From Actinomycetota bacterium (lineage in GTDB: Bacteria > Actinomycetota > Thermoleophilia > Solirubrobacterales > Solirubrobacteraceae), in contig SYIT01000074.1 of assembly GCA_005798685.1 (NCBI GenBank), positions 27,639-91,638 of the forward strand: DNA of 64,000 bases. Direction: 5' to 3'. Position numbers and translations under genes: made by a program. The notes under the pieces were generated by a model. That model did not search any database. It was not told the origin of the DNA and saw only the letters and a list, made by a program, of their open reading frames with translations. This document shows positions 35,809 through 44,320 of the stretch, in pieces (position 1 is the first letter of the stretch; every line of letters begins with the position of its first letter).

Positions 35809-36396
35809 ATGACGTCGGCCGCTCCGCTGACGGCGACAATCGTTCTAGCTGCCGGAGGTAGTAGCCGCTTTGGGGCCCCCAAGCAGGCTGCCCCAGTCGA
35901 TGGCAGGCCGATGTTGACGGGGCTGCTCGAACGCCTGACGGGCAGCGCACCGCAGCCGCGCGTCGTTGTGCTCGGGGCGCAAGCGGAGCTTATTGGCGAT
36001 CTGGTCCCACGTGGTGAGTGGAGCGTTGTGATCAACAAAGATTGGGCCACTGGGATCGGCAGCTCACTCCAGGCTGGGCTCGCCGCAGCGCCGATCGCCG
36101 AGCAGGTATTGGTGGTGCTCGGTGATCTCGCTTGGCTGCAGGCTGAAGCGATCGAGAGAGTAGTTCAGCGTGCGCAGGTTTCGAACGCGGATGTTGTCCG
36201 CGCCTTCGACGGAGATCTGCCGGGGCACCCATTGCTGCTGCGCGGGGCGGCGCTGATCGCGGCGCGTAGCCAGAGTGGGGCCAGTGGAATGCGACCCCTT
36301 CTGGGGCAACTGTCGGTTGATCGCGTCGAATGCGACGGGCTCGGCGTGGCCCGCGACGTTGATCAACCCGGAGACCTGCTTCAACCACAGGGCTGA
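35809..36396 (+). CDS. mocA: molybdenum cofactor cytidylyltransferase-like NTP transferase
   Basis: 'ATIVLAAGGSSRFGAPKQAAPVDGRPML', 'VVLGDLAWL'. ATG at 35809. Divergent from the XdhC gene. Confidence 0.75.
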   Translation: MTSAAPLTATIVLAAGGSSRFGAPKQAAPVDGRPMLTGLLERLTGSAPQPRVVVLGAQAELIGDLVPRGEWSVVINKDWATGIGSSLQAGLAAAPIAEQVLVVLGDLAWLQAEAIERVVQRAQVSNADVVRAFDGDLPGHPLLLRGAALIAARSQSGASGMRPLLGQLSVDRVECDGLGVARDVDQPGDLLQPQG

Positions 36397-36418
36397 TCGC
36401 GCAGCTGAAAGTTCTTCC

Positions 36419-36447
36419 TTGACAAGGTGAGCCCGCCGACGTAGGTT
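36419..36447 (+). promoter_or_regulatory. sigma-70-type promoter TTGACA-N17-TAGGTT upstream of the IclR gene
   Basis: ttgaca at 36419-36424, 17-nt spacer, taggtt at 36442-36447. The same architecture occurs at 50451-50479. Confidence 0.6.
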
Positions 36448-36485
36448 CGTTCAGCAGGGGGAAATTGCGTTCAACCTGCTGAACG
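36448..36485 (+). promoter_or_regulatory. perfect 11-bp inverted repeat (candidate IclR operator / 5'-UTR hairpin)
   Basis: cgttcagcagg (36448-36458), 16 nt, then cctgctgaacg (36475-36485). A third gttca half-site is at 36468-36472. It abuts the -10 box. Confidence 0.6.
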
Positions 36486-36494
36486 GCTACCACC

Positions 36495-37334
36495 TTGACC
36501 GACGACCAGTATTACGTCCCAGCAGTACTCGCCGCCTCCCGGATTCTGGCGGCTCTCGCCCAGCCGGATGCTGACGGTCTGCGACAGAGCGAGCTCGCAC
36601 GGACGGCCGACCTCTCGAGGAGCACGGCACACAACATGCTCCACACGCTTGAGCACCTCGGGTACGTCCAGCGCGATCACACGACTAGGCTCTATCGACT
36701 CGGTGCGGCCCTCGTCCCTCTAGGGCAAGCTGCAGCGCAGACGACGAGGGTCGCCGAAGTGGCAGGAGAGCGAATTCCAACGCTTGCGGCCGAAGTGGGA
36801 CTCTCGTTCGCCTTGGCACAGGTGACCAGCTTCGATGAAGCTGTGATTATCGATCGGGCGTACGCCCCCTCGGGGCTTCATGTGGGCATCACCCTGGGCG
36901 ATCGCTACGGCCCGTTCGATGGCGCGATCGGCAAATGCATGCTCGCTGCGCTCGGAGCAGAGGACGCCGACCAACAGATCAAGCAAGCAGACCTTGCTCA
37001 GCGGACGGAGGCGACGATCACACGCCCGAAAGAACTGGCGCGAGAAGTCCGTCTAGTTCGCGGCCGTGGCTGGGCATCAAGTGTCAAAGAGTTCAACGAA
37101 AACCACGCCGTCGCGGCTGGGATTTGGGGGCAGGGGGGCCGGATGGAGTTAATCCTTCTGGCGCTTGGGTTCCCCGCTCAGCTCGGACCGAAGCAGATCT
37201 CCAGCGTGGGTTCATTACTGAGAGAAACCGCCGATGCCATCACTGAGGCATGTGGCGGAGAGCCAATCGATCGGGTGCGTCACGCACCTGTAACTACAGG
37301 CCCTTCAGGGGTCAAAGGGAGCAAGACCGCATGA
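36495..37334 (+). CDS. IclR-family transcriptional regulator
   Basis: wHTH 'LRQSELARTADLSRSTAHNMLHTLEHLGYV' followed by an effector-binding domain. TTG start; no ATG/GTG lies between it and the HTH. Confidence 0.88.
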   Translation: MTDDQYYVPAVLAASRILAALAQPDADGLRQSELARTADLSRSTAHNMLHTLEHLGYVQRDHTTRLYRLGAALVPLGQAAAQTTRVAEVAGERIPTLAAEVGLSFALAQVTSFDEAVIIDRAYAPSGLHVGITLGDRYGPFDGAIGKCMLAALGAEDADQQIKQADLAQRTEATITRPKELAREVRLVRGRGWASSVKEFNENHAVAAGIWGQGGRMELILLALGFPAQLGPKQISSVGSLLRETADAITEACGGEPIDRVRHAPVTTGPSGVKGSKTA

Positions 37335-38836
37335 GCGACCAAAGAGAAGTTGACCGTGTAATCACTGGTGGAACCGTCGTCACGCCTTCTGGCTCACGAC
37401 GCGCCGGAATTGCGATTGATGGGGAGCGAATCGTCGCGATTTGTGACGATTCGCTGCTGCCGCCATCCCGCGCTACGCATGACGCCAGCGGCCTCCACAT
37501 CATCCCGGGCCTCGTCGATACCGAGGCTCACCCGGGTTGTTACGTGCCGCTAAGGGAAGACCTCGCAAGCGAGAGCCGCGCGGCGGTTACCTCGGGCGTC
37601 ACGACCTGGGGTATTCACGCTCCGTCAACACGAATGGGCCACCCAGAGTGGGCCGAATTCGTCAACAAGGAGGACGTGATCTCGTTCCATGAGGTGATCG
37701 ACTACTTCACCGGGATCGTCGAGGACGTATCAGCCGTTGACACCTTCGTGACTTACATGTTGGAGACAGATCAGCAAGCGAAGGAGATCCCTGAGTACGC
37801 CCGCGACCACGGGGTCACGAGTTTTAAGCTTTATCTGCAGGCGATGAGCCCTGATGCTGAGCCAAACTGGCCCGGTCGTCGCGCCGGGCTTGGCGCTGGC
37901 TTCGATGACGGTGTCGTCTACCAGACGATGGAGAACACCGCGGCCCTCGGGTACCCCGGAATAGTGCTGATGCACTGCGAGAACTGGGAGATCGCTCGCG
38001 TCTTTGACGAGCGGCTGCGTGCCGAGGGTCGCACCGACTGGGCAACCTGGTCGGACCGCTCCCCTCACTTCCTAGAGGCTCAGCATGTCCGCCAGTACGG
38101 CCACTTCGCGGAGCATCTTGGCTGCCCGATTTACATCCAGCACGCGACCACGCCGGAGACATATCGGGAGATCCTTGATCTGCGCGGCCGTGGCGTAACC
38201 GTCCACGCCCAGACCGGTCCGCACTGGCTTGAGTTCGGCAAGGAGGAGCACAACGCGTGGCGGATTAACGTGCCGCTGCGATCGCGCGAGAACAACCCGA
38301 ACATCTGGAAGGCGCTCGCCGACGACGTCATCAACGCCGTCGGCTCCGACCACGTGACGCCGTTCGGTGACTCGGATTACGACTCCTGTTACAACGACAA
38401 CATCTGGGAGCTGAAGACCGGCTTTACGAGCCGCGTCGAGATGCTGTTGCCTGTGCTTTTGGAGGGCGTATATCAGGGGAAGATCTCGCTCACCAGAATG
38501 ATCGAGGTGGCCTGCGAAACGCCGGCCAAGATCTTCGGTCTCCACCCAAAGAAGGGGGCGATTGAAGTCGGCTCAGACGCCGACCTCGTCCTGGTCGACC
38601 TCGATAAGACTGTGCGCGTCGACAATTCGCAGCTGCTGACCCGCACAGGTTGGACGGCGCTGGAAGGTCACACGATGCACGGCTGGAACGTCGCCACATT
38701 CCTGCGTGGCAAGCAGATGTCGCGCTGGGAGGAAGGCGCCCCGGCCCCTGAGTTCATCGGTGATGCTGACGGCGAGTACTTGCGCCGCGTGCCGGGCCGC
38801 CAGCTTGTTGACGTCAATCTTCCCGAGGGGTCCTGA
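37331..38836 (+). CDS. cyclic amidohydrolase (dihydropyrimidinase/hydantoinase-like) with atypical first metal motif
   Basis: 'VITGGTVVTPSG', 'IIPGLVDTEAHPG' (ExH where HxH is expected), 'SFKLYL', 'LMHCEN', 'YIQHATT', 'VGSDHV'. ATGA overlap with the IclR stop. Confidence 0.8.
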   Translation: MSDQREVDRVITGGTVVTPSGSRRAGIAIDGERIVAICDDSLLPPSRATHDASGLHIIPGLVDTEAHPGCYVPLREDLASESRAAVTSGVTTWGIHAPSTRMGHPEWAEFVNKEDVISFHEVIDYFTGIVEDVSAVDTFVTYMLETDQQAKEIPEYARDHGVTSFKLYLQAMSPDAEPNWPGRRAGLGAGFDDGVVYQTMENTAALGYPGIVLMHCENWEIARVFDERLRAEGRTDWATWSDRSPHFLEAQHVRQYGHFAEHLGCPIYIQHATTPETYREILDLRGRGVTVHAQTGPHWLEFGKEEHNAWRINVPLRSRENNPNIWKALADDVINAVGSDHVTPFGDSDYDSCYNDNIWELKTGFTSRVEMLLPVLLEGVYQGKISLTRMIEVACETPAKIFGLHPKKGAIEVGSDADLVLVDLDKTVRVDNSQLLTRTGWTALEGHTMHGWNVATFLRGKQMSRWEEGAPAPEFIGDADGEYLRRVPGRQLVDVNLPEGS

Positions 38837-38837
38837 G

Positions 38838-39593
38838 ATGGCAGTTTGGGATGACGTACTTCCAGACATTGACCGCCAAGTCTTCGAGGCCGCGGGTTGG
38901 GGCAAAGACGCCGGCTACGGCGAGCGGCCGGTGCTGCTCGTCGTCGACGTCATCTACAACTTTGTGGGCGACAAGCCAGAGCCAATCCTGGAATCAATCA
39001 AGCGCTGGCGTTACTCCTGTGGCGAGCGCGGCTGGGAGGGCGTCAAGCACCTCGCCCGCCTGATCGAGGCAGCCCATGAGCAAGAGGTTCCGGTCTTCTA
39101 CACGGGCATGGATCGTCGCCCTGACGGCTTTGACCAAGGCGCCTGGAACTGGAAGAGCTACCGCTCAGGCGACGCATCGGATGTGAAGGGGTCTCTCGGT
39201 AACGAGGTCGTAGCTGAGATCGCGCCACAGCCGCAGGACGTGTACTTCGTCAAAGACAAGCCGAGTTCGTTTCTTGGCACGCCGCTGCTGAGTTATCTCA
39301 ACTATCTCAACGCTGACACGGTGATCACAACCGGCACCACGACAAGTGGCTGCGTACGGGCGACCGCTGTAGACGCCGCTCAGTACAACTTTCACTCAAT
39401 TGTTCCGGAGGAGTGCACTTGGGATCGCGGTGAGTTGACGCACAAGGTCAACCTCTTTGACATTCAGATGAAGTACGGCGATGTTAAGACGACCGACGAG
39501 GTAATCGAATATTTGCGCTCGTTGCCGAAGAGGCCGTGCGGAGAGAACACGCCGACCGGAAAAGCCAACTACACGGAAGAGAGCGACGGATGA
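38838..39593 (+). CDS. isochorismatase-family cysteine hydrolase (N-carbamoylsarcosine amidase / RutB-like)
   Basis: 'PVLLVVDVIYNF' (Asp), 'FVKDKPSSF' (Lys), 'TTGTTTSGCVRATAVDA' (Cys). The ATG follows the upstream stop after a 1-nt gap. Confidence 0.85.
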   Translation: MAVWDDVLPDIDRQVFEAAGWGKDAGYGERPVLLVVDVIYNFVGDKPEPILESIKRWRYSCGERGWEGVKHLARLIEAAHEQEVPVFYTGMDRRPDGFDQGAWNWKSYRSGDASDVKGSLGNEVVAEIAPQPQDVYFVKDKPSSFLGTPLLSYLNYLNADTVITTGTTTSGCVRATAVDAAQYNFHSIVPEECTWDRGELTHKVNLFDIQMKYGDVKTTDEVIEYLRSLPKRPCGENTPTGKANYTEESDG

Positions 39594-40159
39594 GCCTTAC
39601 GATTCGGAAGGTCGTTACCTATTGCGAAGAGATTCGCGTTGACGGAGCGCGAGCCGGTGAAGAGCCACTGCGTAAGGCTGCGGCCGCTGCGGTGGTAACA
39701 AACCCCTACGCCGGGAAGCCATTCTCGGACGATCTTTCAGAGATCGTCGATAACAGTGCAGAGCTCGGCAAGCTGCTTGGCGAGGCAGCGGCCGCCACAA
39801 TCGGTGTTCCCGTTGAGAGCTACGGCAAGGCATCGCTTGTAGGTACGGCAGGCGAGCAGGAGCACGCCGTAGCGATTAAGACGAGCGTCTTTGGTGATGC
39901 ATTTCGTGAAGCGATCGGAGGGGCGACGGCCTGGCTGCCGTCGGTATCTAAGCGTTGTGCGCCTGGCGCGAGCGTCGACGTGCCGCTTTGTTTCAAGGAC
40001 GAGGTTTGGGTTCGTTCGCACTATGACGCGGTCACGGTGACGATTGCTGATTCGCCCGCGCCGGACGAGATCGTGCTCGTCGTCGCGATCGCCTCCGGTG
40101 GCCGGCTTCACGAGCGACTTGGCGGAAAGACCGTCGAGGAGGCCCGTGCCGCCGAGTAG
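39590..40159 (+). CDS. 'amino acid synthesis' family protein (DUF1185)
   Basis: 'IRKVVTYCEEIRVDG...PLRKAAAAAVVTNPYAG', 'SYGKASLVGTAGEQEHAVA', 'VDVPLCFKDEVWVRSHYDAVTV', 'PDEIVLVVA'. 189 aa. ATGA overlap. Confidence 0.75.
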   Translation: MSLTIRKVVTYCEEIRVDGARAGEEPLRKAAAAAVVTNPYAGKPFSDDLSEIVDNSAELGKLLGEAAAATIGVPVESYGKASLVGTAGEQEHAVAIKTSVFGDAFREAIGGATAWLPSVSKRCAPGASVDVPLCFKDEVWVRSHYDAVTVTIADSPAPDEIVLVVAIASGGRLHERLGGKTVEEARAAE

Positions 40160-41654
40160 CCTAGATCACGGTGTGCTCAGCATCGGAGGCTGCGATGTCC
40201 TGCTGCCCGACGGCTCTGTTTCAGAGGGCGCTGGCCTGTGGATTGAGGACGGGCTTATCGCCGTTGCTCCTGCTGCCCCTGATCGGCAGGCCGAGCAGAT
40301 CGACGGCGATGGGATGTTGGCAATTCCAGGGTTGATCAACGCTCACAGCCACTCGCCCGAAGCCTGTCTGCGGGGTATTGGTGAAGGGCTAACGCTCGAG
40401 CCGTGGTTGATCATGATGTTTGCGTCTAGCGGCCTGTACAGCGAGCAGGACCACTATGACTGCGCACTGGCATCGGCGGCCGAGATGCTGCGGGCGGGGG
40501 TTACGACAGTCGTTGATCACCTCTGGATGACGCCGCCGAGTGGAGCCGCGATCGATGGCGCAATGCGGGCCTACCGTGACGCTGGCATCCGAGCGACGGT
40601 CGCCCCGCTGATGGGCGACCGCGATTACACGGAGGAGCTTGCCACCTCGGTCGGCATCGATCTAGGCGACGCCTCAATCGCCGCCCAGATCAAGCTGCTC
40701 ACCGCCGACGAGCTGATCGAGCTACTCAGCGGTGCGTTTGATCGCTGGCACGGCGCTGAGGGCGGTCGGCTGAGGATCTTGGCTGGCCCGAGCGGAATTC
40801 AGTGGGCATCGGACGAGTTGCTGGAGGGGCTCGCCGCGACGGCGCGGGCGAACGGTAGTGGGATCCACGTCCACCTGCTTGAAACTTTTGTGCAGGACGC
40901 GAGCTGTCGACTGCGCTTCGGTGGCAGCACCGTCGCAGCGCTCGACGACCTTGGCATCCTTGGCCCCGATTGCTCTTTCCCGCACAGCATTTGGCTTGAC
41001 GACGATGAGGTCGCGCTGATCGCAGAGCGCGGTGCGGTCGTCGTCCACAACCCTGCCGCCAATCAACGGCTTGGTTCGGGCCGGGCGCCGATCGCAGCCC
41101 TGCTCGACGCCGGTGCGACTGTTGCGCTGGGCACCGATGGCGCAGCCTCGTCGGACAACCACGACCTTTGGGACTGCGCCAAGCTCGCAGCGCTTATTCA
41201 CACCGACGGCGACAGCTGGGTAGACAGTGACCAGGCATTCGCGATGGCGACCATCGGCGGCGCTGCCGTCGCCGGTGGCCCTGCGCTACTCGGACGACTT
41301 GAGGTTGGCGCTCCGGCCGACGTCGTCTTGATTGAGCGCGACAGCCTTTGGCTGTCCGGAGCTCAGCAGATCGTCGCAAGCCTCGTCCTCTCCAACGGAG
41401 GTAAGGGCATTCGCCACGTACTTGTCGGCGGTCGGCCCGTCCTGCGTGACGGCGAACTGACCCTCGTAGACGAGAAGCAGACGATCAACAAACTTCGTGA
41501 ACAGACTGAGGCGCGGCGCGAAAGCGTTGCAAATCCGTCTGATCGCACGCGAGATGCGATGCGTCACATGGAGCAGGTCCGGGCTGTCGTAGCCGGGTTG
41601 GGGGCCACGGATGGCAAGGCTATGCAGTTTGTGGGTTTGGGAAAAAAAGGTTAG
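40146..41654 (+). CDS. amidohydrolase-superfamily deaminase/chlorohydrolase-like enzyme
   Basis: 'IPGLINAHSHSPEA' (HxH), 'HVHLLET', 'FPHSIWL', 'LGTDGAASSDNHD'. The GTG at 40146 overlaps the upstream gene by 14 nt. Confidence 0.82.
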   Translation: MPPSSLDHGVLSIGGCDVLLPDGSVSEGAGLWIEDGLIAVAPAAPDRQAEQIDGDGMLAIPGLINAHSHSPEACLRGIGEGLTLEPWLIMMFASSGLYSEQDHYDCALASAAEMLRAGVTTVVDHLWMTPPSGAAIDGAMRAYRDAGIRATVAPLMGDRDYTEELATSVGIDLGDASIAAQIKLLTADELIELLSGAFDRWHGAEGGRLRILAGPSGIQWASDELLEGLAATARANGSGIHVHLLETFVQDASCRLRFGGSTVAALDDLGILGPDCSFPHSIWLDDDEVALIAERGAVVVHNPAANQRLGSGRAPIAALLDAGATVALGTDGAASSDNHDLWDCAKLAALIHTDGDSWVDSDQAFAMATIGGAAVAGGPALLGRLEVGAPADVVLIERDSLWLSGAQQIVASLVLSNGGKGIRHVLVGGRPVLRDGELTLVDEKQTINKLREQTEARRESVANPSDRTRDAMRHMEQVRAVVAGLGATDGKAMQFVGLGKKG

Positions 41655-41655
41655 G

Positions 41656-41707
41656 GGAATGGCGGCGCTTCTGCCGCCATTCCAAGGTGGGGAGGCCCAA
41701 GGGGCCT
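41656..41707 (+). terminator. two consecutive GC-rich hairpins without U-tract (possible I-shaped terminator/attenuator)
   Basis: ggaatggcggc-gcttct-gccgccattcc (41656-41683, perfect 11-bp stem), then aggccc-aag-gggcct (41693-41707). Located between the amidohydrolase stop and the BMP gene. Confidence 0.45.
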
Positions 41708-41743
41708 TGAAGTTGGAACTAAAAACCGAATGAGGAGGAAGAG

Positions 41744-42775
41744 ATGAGAGGACTAAAGGGCTTGACCGCCTTAGGACTGACAGCAGTTGCGGCAGTGGGC
41801 GTGACGGCATGCGGGTCCAGCGATTCGAGTACCACGGAATCGACTGCGGCGAAATCGATCAAGGTCGCGATGGAACTGCCGGGACCGATCAATGACAAGG
41901 GGTTCAACGCTTCCGGTTATGCCGGGCTGATGAACTGCAAAGAGCAGGGTGCGACAACCACCTTTGCTGAGAAGGTTGCGGTTCCTGAGCAGGAGCGGAC
42001 GATGGAGGAGCTAGCCCAAAACAACGACGTTGTGATTGGTCACGGCTTCGAGTTCGGTGAGCCGGCTACGAAGCTGGCGCCGAAGTATCCGGATGTCAAG
42101 TTCGTGGTGACATCGAACCCGATCCCGCCGGAGGCGACGAATCAGGTAAACGTGATGCCGAACTCGACGCAGGGCGCGTATCTAGCTGGTGTAGCTGCCG
42201 GAAAGGCAACCAAGTCAAACAAGATCGGCGGAATCGGCGGTTTTGATTTCCCTGTGCTGAAGTCGCAGATGGAAGCACTTGAGGCTGGTGCGAAGTCGGT
42301 CAACCCGAACGCGACGACGAAAATCGTCTACCTCGGGACGTTCGATGACGTTTCTAAGGGCAAGGAAGCAGCGCAAAGCATGGCCGCATCGGGCATTGAC
42401 GTGATTTATCACATCGCCGACGCAGCCGGGATCGGCATCATCAATGGCGCACAGGCCGCCGGGATCAAGGCAATCGGTTGGGGCATCGACCAGAACTCGA
42501 TCGCGCCTGACACTGTGATCGCAAGTCAGATCGTCAAGACGGACGTGATGATCGGCGCTCAGTGCAAGGCAGCTATTGACGGCAAGTTTGTTGGCGGCAA
42601 AGTGGTTGTCAATGGCCTCAAGAGTGGGGTTATTGATCTGACCAAGGTCTACAACGAACCGGCCGATGTTCAGGCCGCAGTCGACAAGGCCAGGACAGCG
42701 ATTGAAGACGGCACCGAAAAGGGCGTGCCGGAGATTGCTCCAGGCATCCCATCAACCGGCCCTGAGAGCAACTAG
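41744..42775 (+). CDS. BMP-family (PnrA/Med-like) ABC transporter substrate-binding lipoprotein
   Basis: Lipobox 'GVTACGSS', 'PINDKGFNASGY', 'GGIGGFDFPVL'. GAGGAGG RBS upstream. Confidence 0.88.
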   Translation: MRGLKGLTALGLTAVAAVGVTACGSSDSSTTESTAAKSIKVAMELPGPINDKGFNASGYAGLMNCKEQGATTTFAEKVAVPEQERTMEELAQNNDVVIGHGFEFGEPATKLAPKYPDVKFVVTSNPIPPEATNQVNVMPNSTQGAYLAGVAAGKATKSNKIGGIGGFDFPVLKSQMEALEAGAKSVNPNATTKIVYLGTFDDVSKGKEAAQSMAASGIDVIYHIADAAGIGIINGAQAAGIKAIGWGIDQNSIAPDTVIASQIVKTDVMIGAQCKAAIDGKFVGGKVVVNGLKSGVIDLTKVYNEPADVQAAVDKARTAIEDGTEKGVPEIAPGIPSTGPESN

Positions 42776-42805
42776 AGCCCGGAACCAAGGAACACGAAGC
42801 GCGTC

Positions 42806-44320
42806 ATGACAGCACTGGTGAAAATGAGCGGGATCGTTAAGTCATTCGGCGAGACGATCGCCAACGATGACGTTTCGCTCGAGATCGCCGCCGGTGAGGT
42901 GCACGCACTGCTCGGCGAGAACGGGGCTGGCAAGACGACGCTGATGAACATCCTCTACGGGCTAACGATCCCGGACGAGGGAACGATCGAGGTTGGCGGG
43001 GTTGCCGTGGCACCACGGAACCCCGCCGACGCGATTGATGCAGGAGTTGGGATGGTCCACCAACACCCGCTCGTGGTTGGAGCGCTTACGGTGGCGGAGA
43101 ACTTCTCGCTCGGCGGGCTGGGTGACGGCTCTCCCGCTTCGATGCTTGAAGCGGTTGCCGATGTCGTGCAGACAATCCCACTTGAGGTTGATCCTAGGGC
43201 ACGAATCGACTCACTCCCGATGTCGCTCAGGCAGCGCGTGGAGATTGTTCGCTGCCTTGCGCACGGGGTCAGGGTTCTCGTGCTCGACGAACCGACCGCG
43301 GTACTGACCCCCAATGAGGTGCAGCAGCTCTTCGGCGAGATGGAGCGCGTCGTCGAACAGGGCCGAAGCGTCATCTTTATCACGCATAAGCTTGCCGAGG
43401 TCCAGACGATTGCACAGCGCGTGACGGTTCTGCGCCATGGACGCAATGTCGGCAGTTTCGCCGTCGGCGACATCACTTCAGCCGAGCTGGCAGAGCAGAT
43501 GGTGGGCCGAGAGTTGTCCGACCGTTCGGCGAAGGGCGCCCCGCGGGCAGCCGGCGCAGCCCGTCTGGAGCTCCGCGGCGTATGCGCGGTCGGCGATGAT
43601 GGCGAATGCCTGCTCGACAATCTTGACCTCGAGGTTTGTGCCGGCGAAATTGTTGCGATCGCCGGGGTGGAGGGAAATGGGCAACGGCCGCTTGCGGACA
43701 TCTGTTTCGGTTTGCGTGTTCCGGACTCAGGCGAGGTGCTCCATGATGACGAGCGGCTTCCTCAGCTAAGAGATTGGGGTCACTCTAAGGTTGCGATTGC
43801 GAGGATTCCGGAAGATCGCCGCCACGAGGGGCTTCTGATTGATTCGCCGCTCTGGGAAAATCTTCGCTACGGGCCGAACCTGTCAGCCAAGCGCGGGCTG
43901 ATCAACCGTCGGCACGAAGTTGCCCGCGCCCGTTCGCTACTCGAAGAATTCGGTGTCGTACCACCCGATCCAATGGTCGCTCCGTCGGCGCTCTCTGGTG
44001 GAAACCAGCAGAAGGTTGTGCTCGCGCGCGAGTTATCAAGTGATCCCGATCTGGTTGTTGCCGTGAACCCGACGAGAGGGCTTGACATCGGCGCCCAGCG
44101 CGACGTTCGCGACCGGCTGGCCGCGCTGCGCGACGCAGGCAGAGCGGTCCTCGTGATCTCGACCGACCTGGACGAAGTGATCGAGATCGGCGACCGGGTC
44201 GGTGTTCTCTATCGCGGTCGCCTCGAAACGCCAATCGCCCAAAACGCCGTTGATCGAGCCCGCATCGGTAAGGCGATGGCTGGGCTGCTGGATGATCAAC
44301 AGGACCGCGCAGAAGCATGA
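42806..44320 (+). CDS. ABC transporter ATP-binding protein, duplicated ATPase
   Basis: Walker A 'GENGAGKTTLMN', 'VLDEPTAVL', and second-half signature 'LSGGNQQK'. 504 aa. Confidence 0.92.
   Translation: MTALVKMSGIVKSFGETIANDDVSLEIAAGEVHALLGENGAGKTTLMNILYGLTIPDEGTIEVGGVAVAPRNPADAIDAGVGMVHQHPLVVGALTVAENFSLGGLGDGSPASMLEAVADVVQTIPLEVDPRARIDSLPMSLRQRVEIVRCLAHGVRVLVLDEPTAVLTPNEVQQLFGEMERVVEQGRSVIFITHKLAEVQTIAQRVTVLRHGRNVGSFAVGDITSAELAEQMVGRELSDRSAKGAPRAAGAARLELRGVCAVGDDGECLLDNLDLEVCAGEIVAIAGVEGNGQRPLADICFGLRVPDSGEVLHDDERLPQLRDWGHSKVAIARIPEDRRHEGLLIDSPLWENLRYGPNLSAKRGLINRRHEVARARSLLEEFGVVPPDPMVAPSALSGGNQQKVVLARELSSDPDLVVAVNPTRGLDIGAQRDVRDRLAALRDAGRAVLVISTDLDEVIEIGDRVGVLYRGRLETPIAQNAVDRARIGKAMAGLLDDQQDRAEA

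Noticed and set aside
42955-43701. 248-aa minus-strand ORF opposite the ABC ATPase. Similar long antisense ORFs occur at 62579..63373, 59535..60254, 22367..22975 and 50641..51219.
   Set aside because: Same reasoning: low-complexity Ser/Arg/Pro/Ala-rich translations fully contained within well-supported genes on the other strand.
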